Source: Octopus sinensis (lineage: Eukaryota). From it: 64,000 nucleotides of DNA. This document shows positions 38,956 to 52,850 of the stretch, one piece after another. The translations under genes were made by a program, and so were the position numbers. The stretch covers positions 48,360,001 through 48,424,000 of the forward strand of contig NC_043006.1 in the NCBI RefSeq assembly GCF_006345805.1, written 5' to 3'. The notes beneath the pieces were generated by a model. It was not told the origin of the DNA. It saw only the letters and a list, made by a program, of their open reading frames with translations, and did no database searches. Positions within the stretch are counted from its first letter, which is position 1. The number at the start of each line of letters is the position of its first letter.

Positions 38956-39294
38956 TATACAGGGATTTCCAAAAACACAATGCGTATATCAGCAATTAGC
39001 GTATATGTTTTATTATTGACTCCTTTTGTCTATATGCATTAAATAATATCGCTCTAAACGAGATTTATTAAGCAGTTTTGCTTAATTCCTCCTTTAAATT
39101 ATGTGTCTGGTGAATTTTGTAAATTCTATTTTATAGCTCAGAATAAATATAAATCTCTTACTTTTAATGCATTCAGAGACTTACCTGTGCCGAAACCTAT
39201 TAAATATAATCACCTATATTTAATGCAATGTAGTAGAAAATGTATACATTACTTCGAAAAATCGAAATTCTGTAATGTTTTAACGAAATAATCC

Positions 39295-39690
39295 TTTCTG
39301 TTATAGGCACTGGGCCAGAAATTTGGGGGAGAGAGGCCAGTCGATTAGATCGACCCCAGAACGCAACTGGTACTTAATTTATCGACTCCAAAAGGATGAA
39401 AGGCAAAGTCAACCTCAGCGGAATTTGAACTTAGAACGCAGCGGCAGACGAAATACCTATTTCTTTACTATCCACAAGTGGCTAAAAGCAGAGAGGACAA
39501 GCAAGGACAGACAAACGGATTAAGTCGATTATATTGACCCCAGTTCGCAACTGGTACTTAATTTATCGACCCCGAAAGGATGAAAGGCAAAGTCGACCTC
39601 GGCGGAATTTGAACTCAGAACGTAACGGCAAACGAAATACGGTTATACATTTCGCCCGGCGTGCTAACGTTTCTGCCAGCTCACTGCCTT
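39295..39690 (-). mobile_element. SINE family B composite (head-core-tailA-GGTAT-core-tailB)
   Basis: Junction gacgaaatacc|tatttcttt at ~39455. Confidence 0.85.
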
Positions 39691-39904
39691 TGTTTTAACG
39701 AAATAATTACACCTTTGTCCACACCGCCTTGTTCGTTAGAGTGTGGACGCGTATGTATGAGCGTGTATATATGTGTGTATATGTGTTTGTGAATGTGTGT
39801 GTATGTCTTTGTGTGTGTGTGTGCCTTGAATGGTTTTCTGTTTAAACATTGTTGATCGAAAACTTTGCAAAATTTCTGTTGACAATATGTGCATGACTTG
39901 ATTT

Positions 39905-40049
39905 TGTGCGGTAAGGAACTTACTTTTCAACCACATGGTTCCAGGTTCAATCCCACTGCGTAGCACCTTAAGCAAGTGTCTTCTATAAGTCTTGGGCTGG
40001 CAAAACCCTTCTGAGAGGATTTGGTCGACAGAAACTGAAAGAAGCCCGT

Positions 40050-40102
<53 letters not shown>

Positions 40103-40265
40103 TTACGTGTGTGTCTTAGTGCTCGTGTTTGTTACCCCCCCCCATACACACACACAGAACCACCACCGCTTGACAACCGATGTCGATGTGTTTATTTCTC
40201 AGTAACGTTGCAGTTCGGCAAAAGAAACCGATAGAATAAGTACTAGGCTTTAAAAGAATAAGTAC
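39905..40265 (+). mobile_element. SINE family A, 3'-truncated
   Basis: Head, internal (TA)n, partial 3' half. Confidence 0.8.
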
Positions 40266-40844
40266 ACGCACACGCACACAAATACACATACATACACGCA
40301 AACATACACACTCACACACACCGCATACACATGCACACACACACACACTCTCGCACACGCAGCACACACACATGCACATGCACACACACGCACACACACA
40401 ACACACACACACACACTCACACGCAACATACACGTATTCACACACACACACATGCACACTCATACATACACACATACGACACATGTGCATGCACATTCAC
40501 ACGCATATGCACATCCACACGCACATATACACACACATGCACTCACATACACATGCACGCTCACATACATATTCAACACACACATGCACCCTCACACATA
40601 CACACATAAAACACACACACATGTACAATCACATATACGCTCACATCCACGCACGCACACACACACTCACTACACACGCGTACGTAAAAACTAATAATTT
40701 ACTCTTGTGTCCATCTAAATTTTCCACTGCATATGTTCCCTGTATCACAACTACTATCTCTACTCATAGACTAACCACAATACTGGAAGCTGACTGGATA
40801 TTGGATAATCTACGTGCAGCTGCTGGATATACAATATGTATGTA

Positions 40845-40962
40845 TGTTACGGCCATATCACGCTGAAAGCACCGGTTCTCCTACGATCACCGAAGGTAAG
40901 CAACGTCGAGCATAGTTAGCACTTAGATGGGTGACCGATTGAGAAACTTAGGTGCTGTAAGC
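40845..40962 (+). pseudogene. 5S rRNA: Orphan 5S rRNA copy (probable pseudogene)
   Basis: ttacggccatatcacgctgaaagcaccggttctc..cgatcaccgaag.taagcaacgtcgagc..gttag.actt.gatgggtgaccg..ggtgctgtaagc; ~118 nt, several substitutions, T-run at 40971. Confidence 0.9.
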
Positions 40963-40997
40963 GTCACATATTTTTTTGATATTTGTTTAATGTTATT

Positions 40998-41167
40998 TGC
41001 AGGAGTGGCTGTGTGGTACGAAGCTTGCTTACCAACCACATGGTTCCAGGTTCAGTCCTACTGCGTGGCACCTTGGGCAAGTGTCTTCTACTATAGCCTC
41101 GGGCTGACCAAAGCCTTGTGAGTGGATTTGGTAGACGGAAACTGAAAGAAGCCCGTCGTATATATAT

Positions 41168-41222
<55 letters not shown>

Positions 41223-41416
41223 TCCCTCCAACATCGCTTGACAACCGATGCTGATGTGTTTGCGTCCCCGTAACTTACCAGGTTTTGAAAAGAGACCGAT
41301 AGAATAGGTACTAGGCTTACAAAGAATAAGTTCTGAGGTCGATTTGCTCGACTAAAGGCGGTGCTCCAGCATGGCCGCAGTTAAATGACTGAAACAAGTA
41401 AAAGAGTAAAAGAGTA
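40998..41416 (+). mobile_element. SINE family A, full length
   Basis: gcaggagtggctgtgtgg..(TG)n..aaacaagtaaaagagtaaaagagta. Confidence 0.9.
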
Positions 41417-42319
41417 TGTATGTATGTATGTATGTATGTGCCTCTTCTATTTTTTAATTCCTACAAATGCTCCACTGAGGAATGAGCCGTTTCCAACAAA
41501 GATCTTTGGGATGTGGTAAACAGAGACAAATTTGTATTTGGAATTTGAGAAAAGTGTTGCATATTTTTACTGTTCCACTCACAGATTGCACTTGTAATGT
41601 ACGAATAAGCCGGTCGATTTCTTTTTCTTAAAATCCCAGTTTATCCAGATTCTCCTTTAAACATTTACAAACAAAACCTAGTATGTATATATGTACGTAT
41701 ATATGTATATGTGTATATATGCTCATACGCAAATACAAGCTGATAAGGATTGAATGATTAATGTACAATCGTACGTAAACGAAAGAAATGTGTGTGGAGG
41801 AAAACTCAGCGCGATTAGTTAAAAGTTTAATATTTATTTTTGAAAGGCAAGTGTTGACATTAATTCGAAACTTTACTGTAGACTGCCTTCGTCACACTAT
41901 TTGACGATACTTTGAAGTCAATATTCAAACTTTTTCTTGCAAATATGTGTGAATTTCATTTAAAAGATGGAAGTAGAGAGGATAAAAGGAGATATTTAAA
42001 GGCGACAAGACTGAACATACAAAGAGCAAAAGATAGATATTGAAATATCTTTTTTTTAATCAGCATCGAAAAATAATTGTAAGATTGAGTCTGGTACAAT
42101 TTTTGAGAGACTTCGTATCTTTAATATCAAGCTTCCTCCATGCAGCAAACTTGCAGAATGATTAGAACACCGGACAAAATGCTTAGTTGCATTTCATTGG
42201 TCTTTACGCTCTGAGTTCAAATTCTGCCGGGATCGACTTTGCTTTTCATTCTTTCAGGACTTACAAACAATAAGTCTTGGGGTCCATTTCTGCGACTAAA
42301 ATCCGTTAAGGTTGAGATT

Positions 42320-42568
42320 CATCGTGACACAGAGTGTGACAAGGCTGGCCCTTTGAAATACAGGTACAACAGAAACAGGAAGAAAGAGTGAGAGAAAGCG
42401 TTGGTGAAAGAGTACAGCAGGGGTCACCACTACCCCCTGCCGGATCCTCGTGGCGCTTTTAGGTGTTTTCGCTCAATAAACACTCACAACGCCCGGTCTG
42501 GGAATCGAAACTGCGATCCTACGACTGCGAGTCCGATGCCCTAACCACTGGGCCATTGCGCCTCCACA
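42320..42568 (-). mobile_element. SINE family C (different 3' tail: tcacactctgtgtcacga)
   Basis: rc head gtggaggcgcaatggcccagtggttagggc.. Confidence 0.85.
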
Positions 42569-43568
42569 CTAAGTAAATAAGGTACTAAACTATCACGCCT
42601 TTCCATAAAGACCAAACAAAACCCTAAATTTATTTTCAAAAGAGGAATATTATTACAGGGTTTCTCGTAATGGGAGCCAGGACACCTCCTGGAGTTGACT
42701 GTGAGAATAGAAAAGAGATCGCAAAAACTGTTATGTTTAATAAAATTATAAAGTTTCCCAGTTTTTTTATCTTGTTAAATGCTAAATTGAAAGAAAGCAA
42801 AGGATCCAAATTCCATTTTGTCATCTCATTAATCAAAAGGGAGGAAATGTCAAAGGTGACGGAATCATTACATCGTCATAAAAATATAATTTATATATCA
42901 GTTCCAACTGCTTAGCATCTAAGTTCAAATCTCGCTGAGGTCAACTTTGCCTTTCATCTTTTCGAGATCGATAAAATAAAGTACCAGTCAAATACTGGGG
43001 TTGATAGTACTGGCTAATCTCTACACCTCCAAATGCATGCCACGGAATCAGAATTAGAAACAATCTAGAGAGAGAGAGAGTGGGAGAGAGTATTTTTGAG
43101 GGACCTGTCGATTGTCACTTTGAGACCTGACCCATGATTATAACGCCTTCGGTTTTCGATATGAGAAACGAGTCTCCTACAGCAGGATTTGAACTTAGAA
43201 CGTAACATAATACCATATGTCTAACAAGCTTTACCTATCATTTAACTTCACAAGGTTATTTAAGTGCAGCTCTCAGAATAGTTTAAGTGCACATGAACTG
43301 GTGTGGGAATGAGGGTGGGGACATCTTGGTGTAAAGGCCCCAATGATTTCTTTGTTTACAATTCAGGGAGTTCAAAGGATATAAAATGGGGATATACGGT
43401 AAGTGATCTCATCGGTAGTAAATGAATGGCGCTAGTTATTGATGTGTTTTAGAAGTAGCAACTGCGTTGTTATTTTTGTCCATTTTGGGGCGGGGGGATG
43501 AGGAGGGTGGACTTCTTTTAATGTTATCTACTAACCTGCATCGATATTGCTTACAAACTGCCTCGACT

Positions 43569-43600
<32 letters not shown>

Positions 43601-44202
43601 TTATAATGATGATGATGATGATGATGATTCTGTTTTTTCTATAAAATGGAAATAGAAAAGACATTAAAAAAAATATAGCTAAATGGTCCAGAGTTCGGTT
43701 GGTTCCGATCCGGAAATGACACGAAATCATGTAAGTTGATTTCAAACGATAGAAATTAAAAGGTAATATGTAATTTTATATCACCGACATGCAAAAGTAA
43801 AAGAAGTACCATTACACACACACACACACACACATACAAACACACACACACATACATACATACATACATACATACATACAACATACATACATACATACAT
43901 ACATACATACATACATACATACATACATCTTGCTATAGTATGTGAAACTGAGGGATGCATAATAAATCAGCAATTCCACTATTGAATGCTACGTATAGCA
44001 TTTTGGTTCGTTTTATTATTCAAATCAGCCCATAAAATTATAAAGTGTTCAGTCGAATGCATCGAACCGTTACCGGTTAATGCAAAGGGCTTAGTAACTC
44101 TATATCTCACAGAACCCTTATTTTTTTTGATTTTCCTTTTAATATTGTTGTTTTACATATACATATATATATACACATATACAGATATATATACATATAT
44201 AC

Positions 44203-44263
<61 letters not shown>

Positions 44264-45749
44264 GTTATAGTTCCCAATCAATTGAACATATGATCAAGGA
44301 AGGGATCGATACAGCAGCGTTCGTGTGAGGAAACGAGAAAACGCCTCGTTGTGATTCATCAATTTCATTGTCCTTCCCTCTGTCCCCATCTTAGGACATC
44401 CTAATACATACATCACACATACATACACACACACACACACGCAGTTACATATTCACACACACACTCTCTCTCTCTCTCTCCCTTTCTCATATATATATAT
44501 ATATATATCATTATTTCTCAGTACAGGTGTTTATGATCTCAACGAAATTATTCTGTTAGAGAGTTTACTAGATAATATTACAGCAGATTACTCACCTATT
44601 CTGGGTATTGATGAGAAATATGTTCAAATTATCATCTCCTATTCCTCCTTCCATTCACAAACGATAGATGCAAACGATGATAAGCAGATGATAAGCGTTT
44701 TGGCTTTTTTATATCTTATTTTTTATTTTTCTTTATTCTGTAAAAAGTACCATTGACCACCTAGTAACATTTCAGCTGAATTATGGATTCCATAAACTAC
44801 TCAGTCTATGAAAAAACCGTTGCTTAGAAACAGTATTTAGAAGGAGGAATCCTCCAATGAACGTTTCATTGTGACAAATCTAAAATTAATCGCAGTTTTG
44901 GGGGTGTTTTTTTACACTGCTGTGCTTTCTATTCTTCTCAATGAATGTCACGTCCAAAATGGAGAAGTTTTCCCCAGGTCTGCAATAACTAGAGTGAAGA
45001 GATTAATGAGGAATTAATGAGATTTTTCGAATAAGACTCAAGGCAAAAATCTTCCATATTCATCCCATGTTTTATAACATGTTTTTCTTAATACACCTAC
45101 TTTAAAAAATGACCTAATCTCACAAGAATTGGTTCGATGTTTTAATCTATTTCCTGTATTGTGCTATTGATCTGGAAAGAAATCAATAGTGTAGTTGGGA
45201 CTACTAAACATTTCTGTATCGGATAAATCTATTAACCCCGTTTCAGCCATAGATTTTGATATACATGCTAAGTACGTTGATTCTCAGGCATTTACAATCG
45301 CGACTCCTTTTGGCGATTCAATAATTTTCATTGATCTTTTTGTCCATTATTTCATCGGGGTGTACTTAACATTTGAAGCTTTCTAGCGGAAATATTCCTC
45401 AGGCTTTTATTTATTTATTTATTTATTTATTTTTAAGTAAATTTGCAGGAGGTCTTTAGCGCTTTGCATCATCAGGACCACTTTGTTGCATATGGAAAAT
45501 TACAGGCTTGGAAGATGTTGATTTCTTAATCTTTTCAGAATTCTACTTTGACCCAATTTGTGTTACCCCCTGTAGGATATGATTCGCAGACTTACAAAAC
45601 ATCTTTCACTTTCAAGAACTCAGATACAAGATATTTCTCTGAATTCTTAATAATAAACAACTTCTTTTTAGTTTCTGGTTCTGGAGAAAGGAGCAGTGTC
45701 CATTGATCTTCGCAAAGCCTTCCGAGAGAAATGAACTTGATTCAGTTAA

Positions 45750-46010
45750 TGATGAGTTTAGACAATTGTTGCAGGTGAAAATCTAGAGAAAAGACGAGTA
45801 GAGTGAATATTCCAGGGGGTTGATGTTCTGGTGGGGAAAGGCAAAACGTAATGGTTAGCGTGGGGTCGGGAATTGACATAACAATAGGGATGCGATTGGG
45901 AGAGACGGGGTTTCGGCAGTACCAGAGTGTTAGAGATAAGTGCATTTTCAGCTCCGGGGAGCAGATGCCATTATAGTAACGATAGAAAAGATACAGAGAG
46001 AAAACTAAAC
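45750..46010 (-). mobile_element. CR1-group LINE ORF2 C-terminal relic
   Basis: ORF 45742-46014 contains SLYLFYRYYNGICSPEL, typical of the post-RT C-terminus of invertebrate CR1-like LINEs. Confidence 0.65.
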
Positions 46011-46339
46011 ACATTTTTGTTTGAGGCAGGAGTGTGTCCGTAGTGACCGACTACTTCTCAGTTGAGTGGGCCCTCTCTGGACGGGATCCAGGATGACTGT
46101 GTCATAGCAGAACTGATATCTCGACGTGAGAGCAATACACCATCGTGGGACCCGATAATTTATAAAATATGAAGAAATCAAACACCGTTCAATCGAAATA
46201 TTCATGGAAGATTCACGCATTTACGTTGAACCCGTATGTTTTTCTTTAATTACTCAAGCCGAAACAATTTAAATTCATTAAAATATCAACATCCTGTTTG
46301 GTCATTGGATCATGTTTGGTCAATCGCTAACGTGAATTA

Positions 46340-46560
46340 TTGGGTTGTCCGGAAAGTTCGTTCCGATTTATAGTAGCTTACCTTTAGACTTATTTTAGAA
46401 CATGGTTGAGTCCATAAAATAAGATTTGACTACATTTCCATTTAGAGCACAGTTTAAGCTATCTTTTCGTGGAAGAAGGTTTATGTTCCTATAACCTGTG
46501 TTAATTCTGTAACACTTTAAAATGGAAGTTAAGAAAGTTCATTTTCGGCACTTGATGCTT
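46340..46560 (+). mobile_element. mariner 5' end (TIR + transposase start)
   Basis: TA|ttgggttgtccggaaagttcgttccgattt TIR; ATG at 46522 encodes MEVKKVHFRHLML. Confidence 0.75.
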
Positions 46561-48055
46561 TAGAAACCAGACAAAATTTGCTGCAGCTCGGCTGGGGTGT
46601 GCTACCCCACCCTCCGTATTCACCAGATATAAACGTGCCAAAGAGAAGGGGAGCAAAGAGAGGAAGAGAGAGTAAGAGAACTGTGACCGCAGGTTAATAG
46701 GGGAAAGTGAACATTGATTCAAGAGGAGCCAAAGGATACGACTCGGTGCAAGAATAAATAGCCAAATACGAATAGGAAGGATGTGGTATAAATTTTTCGG
46801 AGTGTTTAGGGGGAATGTTTTTGTTTGTGGTTATTTTTATTCTTTGAGCGCACAGGAATTGGATGTCCCCTTCAATTCTCTTCTATCAGGTAGCGTGCTA
46901 CTATTGAGGTTGATCAAGGGAAATACTTGAAAACCTTCCGACGGACTTCCCACGCATATATCACTGTTTGTTCGCTTTTTTTTTTCTGGCATTCACATGA
47001 GGCAGAGGTTTAAGCCAGAACCAACAAAGACGAAGCTGATATCACAAAGCATGTCTTTCGGCTCTCTAACTTCCTGCCAATCCACGCTCCTGCTAGGGAT
47101 ACATTATTTATTTCTGGATATAGAAAGAACGAAAGGCTAAATGAATCCAGGCGTGATTTGAACTCAGAATATTGAAAGCATGTGCCAAATACAGCCAATC
47201 TATCTAACTCTGCTAAATAGACATCATGTCGAATACAAAACAAAATAAAAAAAAAATGGAAACTACTCGAGCGTGAATTGAACCAGAGTTACAGAGTTGC
47301 TTTATCAGGATGATTATTGTTAGTTAGCGGTGATAGCGGCGCTAATTCCATTTGACTCTGTCGAAAGGTGACATCAAACATAATTTGATTTATAAGAATG
47401 ACATTTCGTCTTCTATTTTCCTGTTAGCAGCTTTCATGTTTTTGCGTCGATGGTTTTTGTCATTAGTTATCATAGAATACATGCTTATAATGGAGGTCTA
47501 CTCCATATTGTTGTCGTTGTTTTCATTTTCGTTGACAGTGTTGTTATTACTGTTTTTTTTTGTTTTTTTTTATTTTGTTGTTACTGCTGTTTTTTTGTGA
47601 AAATCTTGCCGCAATTGTTGATGTCAACGTGTTTGTAATGTTTTTGGTTATGTAGTTCTTAATATAATGATAATAATATTGTCAAAATCTTGTTGTTTGT
47701 TGTTAACGTCTTTCAGTTGCTATTAATGTCTTTCTGTTTTGGATGTTGTTGTTGTTGTTGTTGCTATTGCTGCCAGTGATGTCTCTATGGTAACAACAAG
47801 CAGTCATGATCTTGAGTTAGGCTTTTAGTATAGAGAAAGCAAATTTGGTTGAAGCAAATGACCAAAAGTGAAATAATGAACAGAGTATAAGCGGAGGGGA
47901 CGGAGAGGCAGAGAAAGAGTAATGATAGAGAGAGAGGGTGAGGTAGTGATAGACAGAGTGTGTAAAGAGATAATCTGAACAATAACAGAAGTAATGAGAT
48001 CGTGTGGGCGTATAAGAGAAAAGAAGAGGAAAAGTAACAAAAAGCGGGGCGTGTC

Positions 48056-48670
48056 AAAGAGAAGAAGGGGAGCGAGAGAGAAAGAGAGAGTAAGAGAACT
48101 GTGACCGCAGGTTAATAGGGGAAAGTGAAAGACTAAGAATGATGCAAAATAGAAGAGAAGGAAAAGGAGTGAGCGGGAGGGAGGAAGGGAGGGAGGAAGG
48201 GAGGGAGGGAGGGAGGAGGAAGGGAGGGAGGAGGAAGGGAGGGAGGGAGAGAGATAAAAATGAATGATAAATGTGATAACGATTAGAGAAATGGGTAAAG
48301 TGAAAGTGGTTGCGAAATGGGATAAGTATATGAAGAAAGGATTGAGTAGGAGTAAGAGGAAGAGACAGAGAGAGAGGAGGAAGAGAAAGAGAGAGGGGAT
48401 AGAAAGAGTAGAAAAGAGTGAGAAAGAGATAGGGAGAGGAGAGAGAAAAAGGGATAGGGAAGAGAAAGAGAGACGGAAGAGAGAGACGGAAGAGAAAGAG
48501 AAAGAGAGAGAGAGAGAGAAAAAGAAACGATATAGAATTGGGGGTAATTACTTTGGTATGAAAACTAAAATCAATATCCAAGAGAGAGAGAGAGAGAGAG
48601 AGAAGAGAGGAAGAGAGATTGAGAGCGCTAGAAAGCGTTATAGAGAGGGTAAAAGAGAAAGAAGACAGCA
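48056..48670. repeat. GA-rich polypurine low-complexity tract
   Basis: Direct inspection; (GGGA/GGA)n core at 48175-48250. Confidence 0.9.
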
Positions 48671-48708
48671 GTGAAAGCCAACTTCTTCTTGACAAGCAAC
48701 AGCAGTAA

Positions 48709-48920
48709 TTTTATTCAGCTGAATACACGTCATTGATTGGTTGAAATTACCGAAGTATGACAACTTTAACGTGAAATAACTTCGTAAATATAAGTTTTTT
48801 CTCAAAAATGCTAAGAGTAAAAGATGTTTTATATGACACATTCTACCAGCGTCCGAAGTTTGAAAGTGTTTAGTTACAAAAAATTATTTTTTAAATCTGT
48901 AGGTCAAAAGGTAAAGACCC
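48709..48920 (+). mobile_element. Partial copy of the MITE at 56257
   Basis: tttattcagctgaatacacgtc..ttggttgaaattaccgaa..tgacacattctaccag.gtccgaagtttgaaagtgtttagttac shared. Confidence 0.8.
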
Positions 48921-49559
48921 CTGATTTCTATATTTTGTAATTAACCAATTCTCGTTTTTATAAGTTTAGTATGATGAACTTTTGATACTATAATTATTTC
49001 AAGGATATTTATACTGGACGTCCTGACATTTGGCATCCTGTGTCGTACAAATAATCTAAGGGAATAGAATCGTTTTTCGAATATGATTTTGAATTTTCCA
49101 TCTCGAAATATGTTCTTTATAGACAGTGAAGTGTGTTTGTTAATTTACCTCAGTACATGCTGAAATAATTTGATTATAAAATGTTTGTAATTTACTTGTG
49201 TGATCAGAAAACAGTGACGCGATGCAATAACATCATTTTCTATTTTCATGAAGAATTTTAAATGACATATATTTAATTCAATAAATATTTTAAAACCAAC
49301 AAAATTTTAAGAATTTTAACTTTCAGGTTATTTTAAAATCTAAATCCCTATAAATATAAATTCGTCGTTACTAATATCACTAAATTATTGTTTTAAGTTG
49401 AATTTTACAGTTATTTTCAAAGTAATACTTTCGGGGTTCTTTTGTGGGGTAAGGGACTTTTTTTGCTGAAAATATTACCGCCTTATAGATACATAGCTAG
49501 ATCTGTCAAAGAACTTGAAAGGAATCATTGCGGCGATAACACTTCCTGAATGCAATGAC

Positions 49560-50880
49560 GTGTGTCGAAAAATGAATGAAACTATAGAAGATGAGCAATC
49601 CTCTAAAACAGCAAAACACAGGAAGTGCAACAAGACTTTTTTTATGTCAATATCGACTAACTATTGCTCTTAGGTACGGAGAGCGCCGTCCTGTCTGCTT
49701 AGTTGGCACCAAATAGTTTGGGAATTAATGCATGAAACTCGCTAATTTTTTTTTAATTCTTCACTTTTTAGACATGCTAGCTATGCTGACAAATCTTTAC
49801 CATTTATATTTTATTTCATCTATTTGTTTTATTTATTTGGTTTGAAAATGTTTTCTTTATATTTGAAAGTCCAAGGTAACATTAAAAAGAAAAGAACACA
49901 TTGGTTCAAGAAAATTATTAAAAGCATCATACGAAGGAGAAAGTCCTTTAAATGGACGGACTCTAATGTGATATCTGTGTTTAAGTACTGATGGTGCGAT
50001 TTCAATGATGGTAAGAAAGTAGGGTTTCAAGCTATTGTTAAATCTGGGAGCTAATCACCTACTACATGCATCAAAGGACCAGACTAATATAATTTCAAGA
50101 CGCCAGTTAAAATTACCCTCTTCAGAAGAAGTCACGCAGTTAATAACCGTCTGCTCACATATTTAAGGCAAAACATTAGATTTGATTTCATCACGCCTTT
50201 ACTGTATTCAGAAGCGTAATGGATGTCAATGAGACAAGCTTTGTTGTCTAGTAAACTTGAAAAAAGAAGTATTGTTGGTTATATCAAAAATCTTGTAGAA
50301 CCTTTTCATAATGTGCATTAGGTTTGCAAATTATGCTGTTAGTCATAAATATTTGAGAAGATTAATGGCCTTTATATGTCCCTACAAAGGGAGAAAACAA
50401 GCATTTTTACTTTGAAAAGTAAAATAGAAGTGTTCATAAACAAAATAAACTTACAGAAACAAACAATAGAAAATAAATAATTTAAAATGGTTTATGCATT
50501 GATAATACTGTCTTTGAAAATAATTTGACTCTAAATTCATTTAAGCAGAACGAAATCGAGCACTTTGTACATATGCATTAATAGTTCCGCAAATATTTTC
50601 CGCTACACATCGACAATTGTATTCTATATTGGATCCAGGAGGTATTCATAGTGGTAACAGAACAAGCATTGTTTTGGTTGAATGTGGAATCAAGACTTCC
50701 ATTACTATCTGAATTAACAATGGCAGTTCTTCCAACATTTTCATCTATATTTATGAGAATCTCCATTTTCAGTTTAACGACAATAAAGACAAAATGGCGC
50801 TTAACTATTAAGAACGTAAAAATTCCCTTAAGAATCTCAGACAAATATCAAGCCACATTTTAATGTTTTGATCTGAAACA
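49560..50880 (+). pseudogene. Decayed hAT Charlie/Buster-type transposase
   Basis: 5' ERRPVCLV..GN.CMK (BED-finger region); 3' ORF FWLNVESRLPLLSELTMAVLPTFSS..IKTKWRLTIKNV..LR (hAT dimerisation domain). Confidence 0.65.
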
Positions 50881-51381
50881 AGCACACCCATCCAACTAAT
50901 GATATTCGTATAATAAATTTTTGTTATTTAGTAATATTTTTAGATTTATATTTTCTTAGCTTTTGGTTGTTATAAGTAGTTCTGTTTAATGCATAACACA
51001 CAGGTTATAAATACTCGTTGTTCATTTCTACCTTTTGAATTTTATAATAGTTTAGTATTATAAGAGAATTGCGAGAAAATTCGTCTGGAAAATGTAGTCG
51101 CGAGGGAAATAAGTTTCAGTAACAATGATGTAAATGACAAGAGAAAAAATAATAGAGAGAGAGAGAGAGACTGATTGTTCATTATAGAAGAGGGACACAT
51201 GGGTATTCTGAATAACTGACAGGTTGACACAGAAACAAGCTGAAAGACACATATTAACAATCGAAATATCGAAATGGCAGACGATACGCACACAGACTGT
51301 CAGACAAAGAGCCAGACAAATAGAAAGGTCAACAGAGATAGCTAAAGTGACACGAACGCACGCACACACACACACACACAC

Positions 51382-51458
<77 letters not shown>

Positions 51459-51477
51459 CGTAAGTATAAGCATATAC

Positions 51478-51786
51478 GTGGAGGCGCAATGGCCCAGTGG
51501 TTAGGGCAGCGGACTCACGGCCGGAGGATCGCGGTTTCGATTCACAGACCGGGCGTTGTGTGTGTTTATTGAGCGAAAACCCCTAAAGCCCACGAGGCTC
51601 CGTCAGTGGGGGGGTGACCCCTGTTGTACTCTGTCACCCCAACTTTTTCACACTCTTTCTTCCTGTTTCTTGAGTAACGCTGCGATGGACTGGCGTCCAG
51701 CTGGGAGGAACACATACGCCATAGAAACCGGGAAACCGGGCCTATGAGCCTGGCTAGGCTTGAAAAGGGCGCATAGATAAATAAAT
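51478..51786 (+). mobile_element. SINE family C, full length
   Basis: gtggaggcgcaatggcccagtggttagggcagcggactc..ggtttcgattc..aaaagggcgcatagataaataaa. Confidence 0.9.
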
Positions 51787-52592
51787 AAAAATATACACAT
51801 AATAAATATATATATACATATACGTATGTATATATATATATGTATGTATTTGTGTGTGCCTGAGTGTGTGTGTGTAACTAATCGGTTTGGCGAGAGAGAC
51901 CGCTAAAATAAGTACCAAATTTAAAAAAGTAATTACTGGGGTTATTTCATTCAACTAAAAGTTCTTCAGGGCGGTGACTGAAACAGGTAAAATATGAAAG
52001 CTAAAAGATATCCGTTTAATATTAACTGTAAAAAAAAGTACTCAATACCAAAGCAGGGGTTAATAATATATTCTATTTTGGTCTCACGTGAGTTTCTTAC
52101 TACTTTGAGTTTTGTCCGCGGCTGCACTGGGTCTTTAGGTAAGTTATGACTTATGTGGAACATCTTATATGGTATACGTGGGTTAAGACGTTGCACACTC
52201 GTATCTTGCTTGAAGACTTTGTGACCCAAAGGCGAAACTCGGAGTAGTAAAACACTAACTAGACAACATATATAATTACGTCTCTCTAGTCTACCTCACT
52301 TTTTTTTCTTTTTTTATGATACTCCCTCGTTCTCTTCTCAAGAACAAATCATTCTGACTTCTGAGATACAACATCATTCCTTAGCTGCGTCACACGAACT
52401 GAACATCGCTGACACAACGAGCAAAAGAAACAGTTGTAATCCTGTAAGCGAACATACACCACGATTCGCTCCTGCTGTAAAACGCATCACCAGCTCTCGA
52501 GAAACCATTTCTGGGTGGTATGGGTATTCAGTCTCCAGCTTAACATCGCTACACTGAACATAGAAGACTTTAGATGACCTAAATTTATTTCA

Positions 52593-52850
52593 GTGGAGGC
52601 ACATGGCCTAGTGGTTAGAGCAGCGGACTCGCGGTCGAGGGATCGCGGGTTTGAATCTCGGGCGATGTGTGTATTTACGAGCGAAACACCTAAGCTCCAC
52701 ACGGGTCCGGCAGAAGGTAATGGCGAACTTCTGCAAACTCTTTCGCCACAGCTTTCTCTCACTCTTTTCTCTTGCATCTTGCAGCTTACCTGCGACGGAC
52801 CGGCACAGGAAACCGGAAAACCGGCCCTTACGAGCCACGGATAGCTCAAG
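52593..52850 (+). mobile_element. SINE family C subfamily
   Basis: gtggaggcacatggcctagtggttagagcagcggactcgcg (TCG anticodon-like)..gggtttgaatctc. Confidence 0.85.

Noticed and set aside
48175-48250. G-quadruplex/H-DNA potential in a GGGA tract
   Set aside because: Ordinary low-complexity purine repeat with no functional context.
51478-51555. tRNA-like sequences (also 36669, 52593, 33275)
   Set aside because: They continue into SINE bodies and lack a proper acceptor stem; these are SINE heads, not tRNA genes.
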